NCBI GenBank assembly: GCA_003971905.1
Contig: RSEE01000116.1
Location: forward strand, 1-64,000
Source of the DNA: Moniliella sp. 'wahieum'
Taxonomy: Eukaryota
Length of the DNA: 64,000 nucleotides
Direction: 5' to 3'
The number at the start of each line of letters is the position of its first letter. Within the stretch, counting starts at the first letter, position 1. Shown here in pieces: positions 46,737 through 60,519 of the stretch. The notes under the pieces are model-generated. The model saw only the letters and a list, made by a program, of their open reading frames with translations, did no database searches and was not told the origin of the DNA. The position numbers and the translations under genes were made by a program.

Positions 46737-49618
46737 ATGTCCAGCGCCGCCGCCGCCACCAAGCGGCCTGCCTCGCCCGCGCTCTCCCCCGCCGACACCG
46801 GCAAGCGGCCGCGCACCAGCCCCCCACCGCCACCACCACCTGCTTCTGCCACTACCGCTGCCGCTGCCGCTGCCGCTGCCCCCGCCCCTGCGCTGCAGGT
46901 GTACACCTCGCGTAACAAGCTGCTCTTCCGCCAGAAAGCCATTCTCTGGGACCGTTCCCGCGAAGTTATGATGCGTGCGTGTTGTGCCCCCTTCTTTCCC
47001 AAGCGTGTGCTGACGCGTTCCCCCAGTTCTCATGCAGTTTTCCGATCTTCTCGCGCACGCCTCTGCGCCGCTGGAGGAAGTTCCTCCGCCCTTTCTTCCG
47101 CTCATCGGTCTGCTGGGGGAGGAGAACGACAAGCCGTTGCCCGAGCTGGCACGGGTGGTGCACCAGTCGATCGTGACGAGCATGCTGGCTTCGGAGCTGG
47201 ACCTAGCTGACTCGCCATCGACGGCGGAAGCGCGGCTGCCCGTGGCGGTGGTGCATGCTGCGTTAGCGACGGCCGGGAAGCGGGTGGACTATGGTCTGAG
47301 CGTGGCGGATGTGTGTGCGCATGCAGTACCGAGCGTGGCGGCTGCGGCGGCGAATGCGCAGCAGGGCGTATCGGTTTACCGCTTTGAAGTCCACCCGCCC
47401 GTGTGGGAGGCCTTGTCGGAAGAGCTGCGTGCGCGGCTAACTGCCCGCCGTGCTGAACGGCGCGAAGCCCAGGCCCAAGCGGCTGTCCTCTTTGCCAGCC
47501 TGTCGGAAGAGGACCAAGGCACGCTCGTGTTTGGCACGAAAAAGAAGGCGGCTGCCGCGTTGGCCCAGGTCCCTCACACAGCACCCTTGCCTCCTCTTCC
47601 TCTTCCTCTTCCGCCTCCGCCCGCACCAACACCAGCATCAGCCTCAGCTCCCGCTCCAGCCCCCACACCCACACCCACAGCCGCACCCGCACCGGTCCCC
47701 CCACCACCCCAACATCCATCCACAGCGCAGCCCCCCGCGCCCACACCCGACCCAGCACCAGCCTCCGCCTCCGCCTCCGCCTCCGCACCTGACCCTCTTG
47801 GCACCAGTACCCGACCACGTGTCTGCATCTAACGCTTGCCATCTTTCCCCTCGTCCCTCCACTCTGCACGCCAGTCCACATGCGGCGGCGCATCCCACCT
47901 CGCCCCCCCGGGTCTCGCACTCTCCCTCGCCACAGCCGCAGCCGCAGCCCACCGAAGCCGAGACGGAAGCCGAGCGGGAAAAGGCGCGGATCAAAGCGGA
48001 GCGTGCGGAACAGCGAGCGGCCAAGGACCGTGTACGCCAAGCGAAGCAAGCTGAAAAAGAACGGGTTCAAGCGACGCAGCAACGACAAGCTAACTTTCTC
48101 GCTGGGTTTTTAGGTCGCAACAAGCCTTCGCCCGTGGCTCAATCCAGTTCCGCGTCGCCCGATACCAAACCTGCTGGGCCTGTCCAGTCCGCCGCGCCAG
48201 GCGGCGCGTTTGACCAGACTTTTCTTCCCTGTGTCATTAAGAATCTAGCTCCGGCCAATCGGTTTGCAGCGACCACGTCGGCGGTGGAGGATGTTGCGCA
48301 GTTGGTCAATGCGCAACCGGAAGCGAGCTCGACGAGCTTGTTGACGGAATGGGGTGAGGCCATGCCCGATTCGGTACAGACGCGCTCGCGGTGTGGCCGT
48401 GACCCGGATGGCCGCCTGGCCACGGGCGTGCAGTCCAAAGTGTCGGTTCGGCAAGTGATGCATTTGGTGCGGGAAAGTGATGTGCTAGGTGAAGGAGCGG
48501 CCGAGGCGGCGCAAGCGGGTCTAGCTCAGTTGCACAACGTGCAGACTAAGTACCTTCTCTTCCATACGGACCTTCGTCCAGGCTGGGTGGGTACCTGGAC
48601 GGTCCAGTGCGCTCGTTGGACCTCGCACGCCCTATGGCCAAGATTCGGTCCAGTTGGATTACGCGCTGGACTCGGACGCCGAGTGGGAAGCTCCCGAGGA
48701 AGGAGACGGGGAGGAAATTGCTGATGAAGAAGAAGAGGAGGAGGAGGAAGGTTCGTCGCGTGCGTCGGACTCGGACTCGGACCAGAGCGATTGGCTAGAA
48801 GACGATTTGGGAGAAGGCGACAATGCGCCGGACGACGTCAATGGCAGCGAGACGGGCGGCCCACCGTCGCCGTCCGGACCTGGCGCTAACGCTAGCGCTA
48901 GCGTGGGAGGCGGGGGATTAAGCATGGGAGGAGCCAAGGCCAAGTGGGGTGCATGGCGGCGAGGCGGTCCCGACCGAGGCTTGGGCGGTAAGTGGGGCGC
49001 AGCCATGGCCCGACGGCGTAAAAAAGACCAAAGCCCCCGTGGTGAAAAAGTTGGTTCCGTACGCGTCCAGCGTGCACTTTGACACGCACCTTACCAGCTC
49101 CGATCCTGCTTTCGCCTCGTTCCAACTCACCTTTTCCCTGGCTTTGCACTGGGCATGGACCCGTTTGCGCCGCTGACGCGACCCAAGCCCGAGGGGTTAA
49201 CGGGAACCGACAGCGGTGCCGGTACAGGTGCTGGGTGCTGGTGCTGGTGCTGGGCTGGGCGAGACGGAGGACGGTGGTGGTGGCCCGGCAAGGAAGAAAA
49301 CTTCGTTCCCTGATGACTGACCGGTCGGTTTGTTGCGGCGCTCTATGCGGCTTCGAACCGGTCCAACCGGTTATTGTTGACGGAAGAGTACTGAGCGTGT
49401 TTGTAAGCCAAGGCCTGGCTACGCCCTTGACCCGAGTGGCCATTGAGCGTAAGTTGGAGGAAGTGGCTGTCAAGCAGGGCAAACTCTATGTCGCTCGTCC
49501 CGAGTTTCTCCACCTCGTACCCTCCACCGCGAATCGGGGTAAGACCCAAGACAATTCGAATTGTTCGTCGGCCACCGCCCATCTCACTCCGCCCAGGAAG
49601 GGGGGCCCGTGGCGGTGA
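46737..49618 (+). CDS. RLF2: Chromatin assembly factor 1 large subunit (Cac1/Rlf2/p150-like), frameshifted
   Basis: K/E/R-rich coil, PIP-like QANFLAGFL, KYLLFHTDLRPGWVGTW, GPRTPYGQD..LDYALDSDAEWE followed by an acidic tract, winged-helix-like C-terminus. Stop approximate. Confidence 0.85.
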
Positions 49619-51733
49619 TCAGAATGGTACTCTACTGGGTACTACTTGAGGAAGATTTGGAATGCAATGTTCGTGGCATTGACCCGACCGCCCAGAGTAT
49701 AGTAAGGTGTGGTGGTACAAAAGGAAGGGAGGTGGGTGTGCGGGTACGTTTAAAAAGAGGGTATGTACAGTGGTTAGAGAAACTAAAGCGGGGGTGAATA
49801 CATCCCCCGCTGATGATACAACGGTGCCCTTTGCAAGCGCACGAGGGGCGTCAGTCGAATCGCGGCCAGTTGGGGTCAACGCACACGACCCCGTACCCAA
49901 CCCTGGATTGGAAACGAAGAACAGACAACAAGGATAAACAGAAGAGTCTGGGGGGGGCGTCTGACGTAAAAGAACGAGCCAAAAAGGAAGACCGAATGTC
50001 GGAGGCAGAGCGACCCATCCCACCAACCCGTCGAAAGCCCAGACCGAAAACAAAAAGATCAGGCACACGCAAGCACCACGTATAGCGCACCCCTCCTCCC
50101 CACGCCTTCTCAGATCTCATCTGAGATAGCATGCAACTTGCAACTGCGCATGTGCCCGGGTCAGGACTGGTCGCGTTCCTTGGTGAATGTCTTCAATTCG
50201 TCTTGGACGGCTGAACAAATCTGACGGTACAAAGCCCGCAAAGCCAGGGATGAGAAACGAGTTGGCATTCACGTTGGGTAACTGGTGCCGTAACTTATCC
50301 GACAAACCACGTAGCTTGGCAAACTTGGTCGTGCGCATGGATACTACCGAGGCGCCGTCCCCCTCGGACCCCATCTCGGCACTGGCATCGGCACTGGCAT
50401 TGACATTGGCACTGGCACTGGCACTGGCATTGGCATCGGGAGCTGAAGCCGGTAGGCCGAATTCTTCCGACGTCGCGCGAAGCAGGTAAGACCAGACCAT
50501 GGGCCACTCTGTTTGGACCTGGCGAGGGGCATGAGAAGAGGACTGGGTACGGGTCCGCCCGCGCGCACAGGCACAGACACCTTCGTCCGGGGCCTATTCC
50601 CCCGTTCTCGCACGCTACCGAAAAACTTGTGTGTGCCACGTGCCTGAGAAGCAGAGGGAGGAGGAAGGTGGGTATTGGTGGCCCGGGAAGACTGTGCTTC
50701 CTCTGCTTGCGTCCCCAGCTCAGCGCCCAAGACGCGTGGTCGTCGGGGGGGAGAATTGGGTGGTGGGGTACAGGTCCAAGCTGATGGGGTGAAGGCGGGG
50801 TGGGGGCCGGGGCGGGCTGCTTCCAGGGCTGAGGGAGTCAAGGGGAGTGAAAGAGTGGACGGATTGGGCTGTGACTGTGGTTGTGGTTGTGGTTGTGACT
50901 GTGGCAGTGGTTGTGGCAGCGGAAGCGGCAGTGGTTGCGGAGGAAGCTTGCCAGTCTCGGTGCGGTTGGAGGAGGCAGTAGCTGAGCAACGAGGGGGAGG
51001 AGGCTGAAGAGGCACGAGGGGTACGGGAAGGCAAGGAAGGAATGGACGTTGAGTGGGACAGGCTCCGTGCGCGCGCCGCCGATCGACAGGGCGAAGCGGG
51101 GACGCCACTGGCAGTAGCGTGACCAGGTACAGTCCCATTCAAGTAGAATCCTGGGTTCTAGACACGCCTCCCGTGCCACTGTTGGGATGCAGACCCATCT
51201 TGCGCACATCCGATCCTCCCGCTGCGTCCAACGGCGCTGTACCTCCAGGCAAGGGCACGCCAGGCAACTCCAGAGCCAGCAAGGGCCCTGACGGAACAGG
51301 CCCATGCGAGCTGGACGGGCGACTTGAGGTGGTTGAGGAGGAGGAGATGGAGAGCGTCTCCCTGACCAGCGGCGGGGTGGGACGCCATCGCTGCCCGGGC
51401 CGCCGGAAGGCGAGCTGGGGCCCGTGTAGACCAACGCGTGGGCGGGCCAGCCATTGACGGGGGTACGCTGAACGGGTGGGGGGGCGTGTCAAGCAGCTGC
51501 TTCAGCAGTCCATCCAGCAGCTCCGTGGGCGAACGCGCGTTCTGTCCAAATGGAACGAAAGGTTAGAGAGGGAGAAGGAACACAAGAGCAACCACGCCCA
51601 CCAAGACAGACACAGGAATTGCAGAGACGTACGCTGGCATGACGGCTTGCGGGGGAGGCAGGAGGCGGGCGAATGGGGCTCATCCAGCTCCCATAGGAGC
51701 AAAAGGGGCGCGAGGAGGCGGGGGTCCGGCCAT
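49619..51733 (-). CDS. Hypothetical protein, spliced and frameshifted
   Basis: caccaccATGG start at 51733 with upstream TATATT. GTACGT..CTAAC..CAG intron near 51542-51632. Protein-like segments SPTELLDGLLKQLLD, WSYLLRATSEEFG, KFAKLRGLSDKLRHQLP. 3' end uncertain. Confidence 0.45.
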
Positions 51734-54700
51734 GGTGGTGCAGCAGCAAGCGGGCAAGAGATGAGCGGGGCAGCGGCTGGTGTAATATAGACACAGCGGA
51801 TGGGAGTGGCTAGTGGGTGGAGGTATGCAGAAGCAGCACAACAGGAGACAGACGGGTGCGGCTGGCGCGACAGACGACAGAACGCTCGGTCGATCGCAGA
51901 GGAGATACGGACGGGGCTGCTGCCGCGTAACGATTAGACGGTTAGGGTACTTAGTACCAGTCGCTGCCAAGCTGCCGTCCAACGTCCGCTGCCATCGGCG
52001 AGCACACGAGCACAGCCAGCAGGCACGCGTGAGAGGCCGGCTTTGCCACCAAAGGGGCTTCTGTCTCTCGTGCGAGGGGGAGGCGAACAGGCGCGGGTGG
52101 TCCCCCACCCCTCGGATTCAGGCCGCCTGGGCGGGGAGTACTGAGTCTCAGTACCGAGTCTCAAGACTGAATGTACTCAGTTGCCAACGCGGCGCAGCGC
52201 TGGGAGAGGCATTGCATGTGACTCGCCCCGCTCCACTAGCAAAAGGGGTCGCGTCGGGCGCTGTGTGCTGAAAGTGCGAAGGCTGAATAAGAGAGTGAAG
52301 AGTGAACTCAGTCTCGGCTTGGGTACCTGGGCCCAAGTACACTCTCAGTACTTGCCCACTGCGGCTACTTTTAGTACTCCGTACTGACTCAGTATTCAGT
52401 ACTCTCACACATGTCACACCAGTAGAACCAGTACCTAGCAACTGGCGAACGAAAGGCGTTGATACTTGTCTCGTAGGCGCATAGGCTGGCACATCCCCAC
52501 AAATACATATGGGGGTGCCAGTATTGTATAAGCACGAGCCTGTATCCTGTACGTAGATTTGCCCGAAGACACAACCGACATCCGGAATACTCGGCGTTCT
52601 TTCCGCCGACCCAGGGACGGAGAGGCGTATAGCTCTCCAACTCTAAAAGAGGCATTTCAGCGCCAATCAAAAGACTGGTCCTGCCGCTGGGCTGGTGTGT
52701 GCACTCTGGTACACGCTTTTTCTTCAGCACCTCGAACCCCCCACCCCTATCCCCTCCCATGAAATTGAGACCCACACGACAGCTCTTCAGATATGAAAGA
52801 AAACACGGTGCGTTCCTGTGGCCTTTTCAGTCTCTTTCCCAACGCCCCCATACGTCCAACAAGCCATATCGCATGCCTTGAGAAAAAAGTACCCCCTTTG
52901 TTTCTAGAGCGTCTCTCCTTCAATGTCTGGGGCAGTGCGTTGAGCCTAAGCGCCTAAGCGCTGAAGGTAGGTCGCGGGAGGGGTCAACCTGTCACCGGTC
53001 AACGGTCAACGCTCAACCTGAGCATCCTCCCTAGTCACTCTATAGTCACTAGAAGTAAACACTTTTAGCGGTTACTTTAAGCTTTAAGATTGCGCCTCTC
53101 GCGGCCGTCGAGATTGATTAGCGTCGTTTTTGGCCGAGATAACATGGACAACAAAATGTTATCCCCGGCCGACCATGCGGCGGCACCGCCGGCTGAGAAG
53201 CCGGCGACTAACAAGCTCATTGATCCATCGATCATGCATCATGCATGATTATCGATTATCGATCATCAATTGAAGCCTGACCGATCCCTGATTGATCGTT
53301 TATCGCGCAACGCCACGCTAAGTGTTGGGCGTTTGCCGTCCTCTGATCCAACTGCGCTTTTCGCCCAGCGCCTCACATGCTCACAACTTTCGACCTCTCT
53401 CTCACCGATCCCAGATCACAAGCACACCCCGCTTTTCCCCGCACCCCACCATGTCAAAAGACGGCGATGACCGGAATGACCGATGATCCAGTCCATGATC
53501 GGGGGTCCATGGATCCGGGCTCAGCCGGGGCGCTTCGTCTATCTATACTCTGATCCAAGCGAGCGAGATTTGCGACTCCCAGATCTCACATGCTGTCATC
53601 GCCTGTCACATGTCACATGTCGTGTGACATGGCAATCATTCCGAAACTGCTGTAGTACTTTGAGCAGACTGAAGAAATGATCGATCAGCAAGTCGGTTCC
53701 CTTCGCTGCCACAGCGACTGAGGTACAGATGAAAACACACACCCCGTGGGCTTTCAACGGCGCTACGGAGCGTTGGGCAGTGGGTACGCAGGACATTGAG
53801 GTCTTTTATTGGCCAGAAGACTAGGCGCAATGTGTATGAGCCATGGTAGTAGCTTTGGGTCCATCACAATGTGGGGGGTGCACAGAAAGCAGCACGTTGA
53901 TGGCGTTGACGACGGATGCCAGTGTGTATTCCATTTTGCAACACATGATGACACAGACGCTCCCAACTGCGCGTCTCGTCCTCGACATCCTCGACGTCCT
54001 CGACGTCCTCGACGCCGCGTCAAGCGTCATGCGCGTCTTCATGCCTCTGCCTGACTAGGAGCGGTATTCAGCTAGACGAGTCCTATTAGCGATTCGATTT
54101 CGATGAAGCAATAAAGACCCATACTCAAAATACAATGATAGTATGCCCCACATGCCAGCTGGGAACTCGGGTTCGTTTCGAAGAGACCACTGCACATAGT
54201 ATGATGGCGGAAAATTGAACACTGGACATACAGAGTACTGAAGTTCAGTACATTGAAGGATTAGCTTGCGCGATCCCGAGCAACGGGATACTGGCTAGAA
54301 AACCCACAAAAAAGAGCGTACGATCAACGTCCAACGTCCAACAGTAGCCGCGCTGTAACGCAAATAATAGCCACTATAGGTTCGAGTACATTTTTGTGGC
54401 TGCGAAGCATCGCGCTGGGAAAGGATGCATTCCTTCACCGTCTTCAAGCTTCAAGCTTCAACAGAGATCATGAGATTAAAGATTGCCCGTGTTCAACAGA
54501 CCAACAATAGTATGATTCGTTGCGATTCAAGGGGCAGAAGATACAAAAGTAGCCCTCTAGTAACTCGCTGGCGATTCGTCACTTCTCTCATCCTCACTCG
54601 CTTCACACATCATATGGATTCTGTACTTTATCCTCTGTACACTCTCGCTGTACTCTGTAGTACTCCTCAGGCTTCTCATACCAGCCACCAGTCCCACGTG

Positions 54701-55092
54701 CGTCTGACGATCCGGCGTAAGGTGTAGCGCAGGGCCACATGCAAAGAAAAGAGGAGCGCTCTCCCTGCCGCCGCGTTCTCCTTCCTCTACCATCTTCCCC
54801 CACGCACACCATGCATGAGCCCTGGGTACGACCTGACCGACCTGACCCGACCAGTCACCACGCACCACCGTCAATCACGGGCCAAGCCATTTCTTCTTTA
54901 TTGTTTCCCTGCTACCTCGGTGACATGGTGACAGGGCACGTTGAGTGCGGCCAAATAGTCTGGTCACTGTAGGTAGGCCAGGGTACCAACAGCATATTCT
55001 CCTTCCATTGCCTTCGTCTTGTCGTGCCTCCCATGTCCCATGTCCCAGGTTCCATGTCCCACGTTGCATGACCCAGGTTGCATGTTGCATGT

Positions 55093-56397
55093 TCACACTC
55101 CCTTGGGCAGCAAGAGCCAGGCAGCCAAGCCAGCGACGAGGCCCGACAATTTTTCGCCCGGGGTATGAAAGTAGACTTGGGTCAGGAACAGCATCCAGGC
55201 CCACAAGGCTGCCAAGCCCAAGGTAGCTACCAACCCACATGTGTAGCCCCTTGCTTGGGGCGGTGGCAGTCCCGTCGTCGCAGGGACATGGGCGGTGCGG
55301 TCGCGGAAATTGAATGGCCAGGATTGCGAGGGGATAGAGCGCTTGTACGCCAGGTAGCAGGTACGGTACCAATGGCGATACTTCCTCCAGCATCCAGAGT
55401 AAAGATAGGATCAACAGGAACGTATGGCCCGATACGTCGTGCCCCCCGCGCCCTAGGAACCATCCACAATGAGGGGAGTTAGTCTCGTTCTCGTCTCGTC
55501 CTCTCGTCCTCTCGTCGTCAAACGGGCAAGAGAGAGGAGAGGGCTACCAAGGCCAACACGGATACGTACATTCGGTTCGGAGGGAATGGAGTAAGTTAGT
55601 TGCCGCCTCGTCTTGTTGGGTGGGGGCAAGGGGCAGGGGAACGCCTTACGTTGGACACAGTAACTATGATCCACCGTTTCAGGCACTGCGATGGCCAAAG
55701 GACCCGCGCCCAGCGGGTCCTTCGGGCGGACCGGTACACACTCCCCGCCCGTGGCGGTCAAGATGCGGTACATGATTGACGGGCCAAAAAACCACGAGGC
55801 AAAAAGGACCCAAATCAGCGTCGCCACCAGAAATCGAAGTAGCGACATGCACACCAACGATGTCGACGTTACGCCTACCTCTTGTACCTCGGTCGGCGCA
55901 TCATCGTCTTTTTTGTGCGACGACCCGGGCTGCGCCACCGCAGGCGCCGGGGCCACAGAGGAGCCCGAAGCCGACCCCGAAGCCAAACCCGAAGCCGAAG
56001 CCGAGCCGGTAGTCGCCGCAAGTGCGGTCGACTCTGCCTCGGGTGCAGCGGGTGTGGGTGTGGGTGGGGCGGCAAAGAAAGCGAGAAGGGTAGTCTTGAG
56101 GGCGACGAGCTGGAGGGCAAAAACGAGCCAATTCCATACCATGGCGTACTTGACAAACACTTGGTTGACCACATTGTGTTTGTTGGCCCAGTAGGTCTTG
56201 TGGTGCTGCGGCACCGGAGGCGAAGTGGAGGCCAGGTTTTGAATGTGCGTGCCAAACGCCAGGCTGAGCCCGAGGCCTCCCAGGGTCAGCACGAGCACCA
56301 TGCCAAGGTAGGCGTAGTGGTACGGCTGCAGCACCAGCAGCTGCCGCAGCACCCCCGACGAGGCGGGCACAGGGCGGGGCGCGGGGCGAGTGCTCAT
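55093..56397 (-). CDS. SCS3: FIT family acyl-CoA diphosphatase / lipid-droplet protein (Scs3/FIT2-like)
   Basis: YWANKHNVVNQVFVKYA, WFFGPSIMYRIL..TGGEC, GHDVSGHTFLL..LEE, YFHTP.EKLSGLVAG near the end. Confidence 0.85.
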
Positions 56398-57057
56398 CGC
56401 GCGAGGGGGGGTGAGGCAGGCAGGATGGAAGCAAGAGAGCAAGCGAGGATGGAAGGGAGGAAGGAAGGGAGGAAGGATGGATGGATGGATGGAAGGATGG
56501 ATGGATAACCGAATTGCGGCGCAGGAGTACCCTGGGTAGACGTGGTGACGGGGCGGGAGCTATGACGTGGCCTGCAATTTCAGTCGGCAGTGCTGTGCGC
56601 TGCTCGATCGGCGGCGCCACGCCCCGCCTCGGCGCGGGCCAGAAGCGGTGGTTGCACGAGGCAGCCTCAGCCGCTCGTCCCTCGTCCAGCACAGAGGCGA
56701 CGATGGCCATGGCCACCAGCATGGCCTCCATCCATCCATCCGCAGACGCACCTCCAACTATGGGCGCTCCCTGTGCCCGTGTGCCTCGAAGATCTATGTT
56801 CTACTCCCCAGCACAGCAGCCCCGTGTGTATACTTTTGCCCCCATCAGCAGCCAGAGGGCGCAGACGACGACCGACGTAGGACCCGAGCGCAGCACACAC
56901 ATAGCCAGGATGTGCCGGCATACTCTCACGCTCCTGCCACGCGCCAGGGCGCCCATCGCACACCCTGCCCCCTTCGATCAGTTTGGCTGCGCGCGGTAGG
57001 CCAGTCCAAGCCCAGGGGGGAAAGGCGGTTTGCAGAAAGGGTATGCATCTCAGTGGG

Positions 57058-58084
57058 TCAACATGCCACGGCAAATACGCGCAGACGCACATAGTGCGCC
57101 GTCCATTCGCCCGTCTCGGGGTTGTACCATGGCGGCTCTCCCTCGGACAGCGCCTCGCCAGCTTGGAGTCGCGAGAGCACATGGGTCACCGCCGCCTCCT
57201 TGTCCTGCATCTCATTGATAAACGGCCCGCCGAACGCCTGTCGTGCCAAACATCCGCCCATCGTGTCAGTGACCTGTTCCGCTCGCCCCGATCCGATCCT
57301 GCCTTCTCTGCCTCTCGGCTGGACAAGACGCAGCAAGCCAACGTACCTTCAACCAGCCTTCCGCACCGCCAGGCAGCGGGGTCGGACGCACCACCAACGC
57401 CGCATACTCGACCTTGAATCCGGCCTGGGTGAGTACCTGCGTATACTGTTCGACCGAGGGGAAGAACCAAGGGTCGACCACGTCGGGGTGCACGCCCTGC
57501 GCTTGCACTTCGTCCCTCAACAGCGTATGGACCGCACCGACGTTACCCTTTCCACCGAGTTCGGCGGCGAGGATGCCGCCGGTACGAAGGGCGGCGCGCA
57601 TGCCCTTGGCCACCGACACAGGGTCGCGTCGCATCCAATGCAAGGCGGCATTGGAAAATACCTTATCAAACGTCCCTGTCAACTTTTCCGTTTGCAACCA
57701 CGGAAGTAAGTCGTGACCATCCAACACCACGTAACGCAACTGCGACGATCCTGACGGGGCGGCCATGTAGGCCGTTGTGATCATGTCGCTTGCCGCGTCC
57801 ACACCTAACACTGCACCAGGTGCAACGGCCGCGGCAATGGACTGCGTAAGCTCGCCGCTTCCACACCCGACATCCAACACCCGTTCCCCCGGCTGCGGAT
57901 CGAGCAGGTGGCGGACAGAGGCAGTGTTGGCATCGTTAAAGACAAAGGAGGCCTGGGCGCGGTAGACGGATGCGTTGTTGGAGCTGTGGAAGGCGCCCGT
58001 GTCGGTGGGCAGGACGTCGGCGGTGGCGGTGCGCGCGCGGTGGAGGACGTCGGCGCGGGAGAGGGGCGGCGGCTGCGAGGACAT
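57058..58084 (-). CDS. Class I SAM-dependent methyltransferase (trans-aconitate methyltransferase-like)
   Basis: LLDPQPGERVLDVGCGSGELT, FDKVFSNAALHWM, AELGGKGNV, PWFFPS, RPTPLPGG..GWL, WTAHYVRLR. One intron near 57255-57345. Confidence 0.9.
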
Positions 58085-58972
58085 GGTGGGGGGAGGGGGA
58101 GGGGGAGGGGGAGAGAGAGAGGAGAGGGAGAAGAGAAGGAGAGGAGAAGAGAGATGAGGAGAAGGGAGAAGAGAACGGAGAAGAGAGATGAGGAGAGGAG
58201 GGTGAGGGGGCGGCCCAGTTGGGCTTTGTTGGGTTGCTGGCTGGCTGGGTTCCCACGCTCCCTGACCCGGCTTAACCCGGCGTTGAAAGTTGAATGTTGA
58301 ATGGGCGCACAACCGAGGCTGCCAATTCGCCTTCTCCATTCTCCGTATAATAGTCTCCATCTCCATCTCCATTCTCCATGTCCATTCTCCATTCTCCATC
58401 TCCCATCTCCCTTCTCCCTTCTCCGTTGTCCACATGGGGGACTTAGATGGTGGGACTGGGTCTGGCCAGTTGAAGGGGGGGCTCTGCGACGGGCTCTGCA
58501 AGCGAGAGCACGACGGAGGGCGCAACATGCCATGGCCGCGTGTGGATTATGCGCTTGCCATCGACCATGGCACCGTCGGCGCTCGTCCGCTGGGGGGCGA
58601 CTTGGTCTATGGAGGAGCGACGAGAGGAGCACAAGAAAGCCATCCGCACCCCGCCGGAAGTCCGGCGAGGGTACGTGCGCCACTACTAAGTATCAAGCGC
58701 CGCCTCCGCAGCCTCGCTGCCCCCGTGCCCAGTAACCGGTAACCCTGCCCAGCCCAGCCCTCGCACGGGGCGGCAGTGACGCCACTTACTTAGTACTTAC
58801 TGGGCCACAGCCAGCCCAACCAACACCGCCGGCGCCAGCTGTTCGGGCTCGTATAACACAGCCGTCCCATCCCAATCTGCGTGTATTTCCTCATCCCTTG
58901 TGTCCACTGCCATCCCCATCCCCACCACCACCATCCTAAACCACCACCACCATCCTAACCACCACCACCACC

Positions 58973-60344
58973 ATGGGCGCCACCGCCGCACCCGCCCGAA
59001 CGGCCTACCCCGTCCTTGGCCAGACCTTTCTCCTCGACCCGGCCTACGTCCTCACCCATGCGCTCGGCCAGGGCGCGTACGGGTGCGTGGCCAGCGCCCA
59101 GCACCGCCGCACGGGCCAGCGCGTAGCCATCAAGAAGGTCACCAACATCTTCCACAAGCCCATCCTTACCAAGCGCGCCCTGCGCGAGATCAAGCTGCTG
59201 CGCCACCTGCGTGGCCACCCCAACATCACCTGTCTCTACGACATGGACATTGTCGATCCCTCCACCTTCAACGAGCTTTACCTCTACCAAGAGCTCATGG
59301 AGGCCGACCTGCACACCATCATCCGTTCCGGCCAGCCGCTTACCGACGCCCACTACCAGAACTTTATCTACCAGGCCCTCTGCGGCCTCAAGTACCTCCA
59401 CTCGGCCCGCGTCCTCCACCGCGACCTCAAACCAAGCAATCTCCTAGTCAATGCCGATTGCACCCTCAAGATCTGTGACTTTGGCCTGGCCCGCGGCTTG
59501 GCCGAGGATGACAACAGCGCGGACCGTGCTGGCGAGGGGAGGATGACTGAGTATGTGGCCACACGCTGGTACCGTGCACCAGAGATCATGCTTTCGAGCC
59601 AGGGCTACAGTACTGCCATTGACCTCTGGAGCGTCGGGTGCATCTTGGCGGAACTGTTGGGCGGCGAACCGCTGTTCAAGGGACGAGACTATGTTGATCA
59701 ACTCACCTTGATCCTCAACGTACTCGGCACGCCGGAAGAAGAGAGTTTGCGCCGCCTTGGCTCTTCCGGTCGCACTTGCGAGTTTGTGCGGTCGCTGCCT
59801 CGCAAAGCCAAAGTACCCTGGCGTCGAGTTTACCCTACTGCCACCCGGGCGCGCTTAGCTTGCTCGATAGCTTGTTGATGTTTGACCGGCGAAACGGGCT
59901 GGGTGCGACGAAGCGCTGCAGCACCCCTACCTTGCTGCCTGGCGCGATCCGGCCACTGAGCAAACCACGTGCCCCACCACGTTTGAGTTTGGGTTTGAAA
60001 AAGTCACCAGTGTCGCGGGGATGCGCCAGTTGATTTTGGATGAAGTGCGTTCGTTTCGTGCCGAGGTGCGCGGCGACCCTCGTGTTTTGGCCCAACAGCA
60101 AGCCCGCCGCCAAGAGAGGTACGTACCCCCCCCCCATGCCCCCCTCTTCCTTTTTTCATTTGGGTTTCGTCTCGTCAAGGAGCAAGTGACGAACGTTGAT
60201 CATTCTCTGCTCTATTCTAGTATGCCCCTGTCAAGCGACGACTCGGTTGGCAGCAGCCTGGGTTCCTATGCGCCCGAGCCAGCGGCCTTGTCGGAATCGC
60301 AAGTGAGTGAGAGGAAATCCAGTGATCGTACGTCTACATCCTAA
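58973..60344 (+). CDS. MAP kinase, TEY type, Slt2/Mpk1 (cell wall integrity) subfamily
   Basis: [89 protein letters not shown]. May continue into 60520-61914. Confidence 0.95.
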
Positions 60345-60519
60345 TAGCCTCCTTTTCCCGCGCCCCCCCCCTATTACCTTTTCTCCTCCCCCCCCCTTAC
60401 CCCCGCTCCAAAGATCAATCGTTTCCCCCTCCCGTACCATGTGCCGTGCTGACCGCTGACCGCTGCTTGACCGCCCGCAACCCGCATCTTGTCCAATTCC
60501 TTCTCTCGGATCGGTTACT

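Noticed and set aside
51940..51949. GGTTAGGGTA as a telomerase RNA template or interstitial telomere
   Set aside because: Too short, expected by chance, no supporting structure seen.
53140..54060. Short plus-strand ORFs in the 52-55 kb spacer
   Set aside because: No recognisable domains or consistent splice structure. Dominated by simple repeats.
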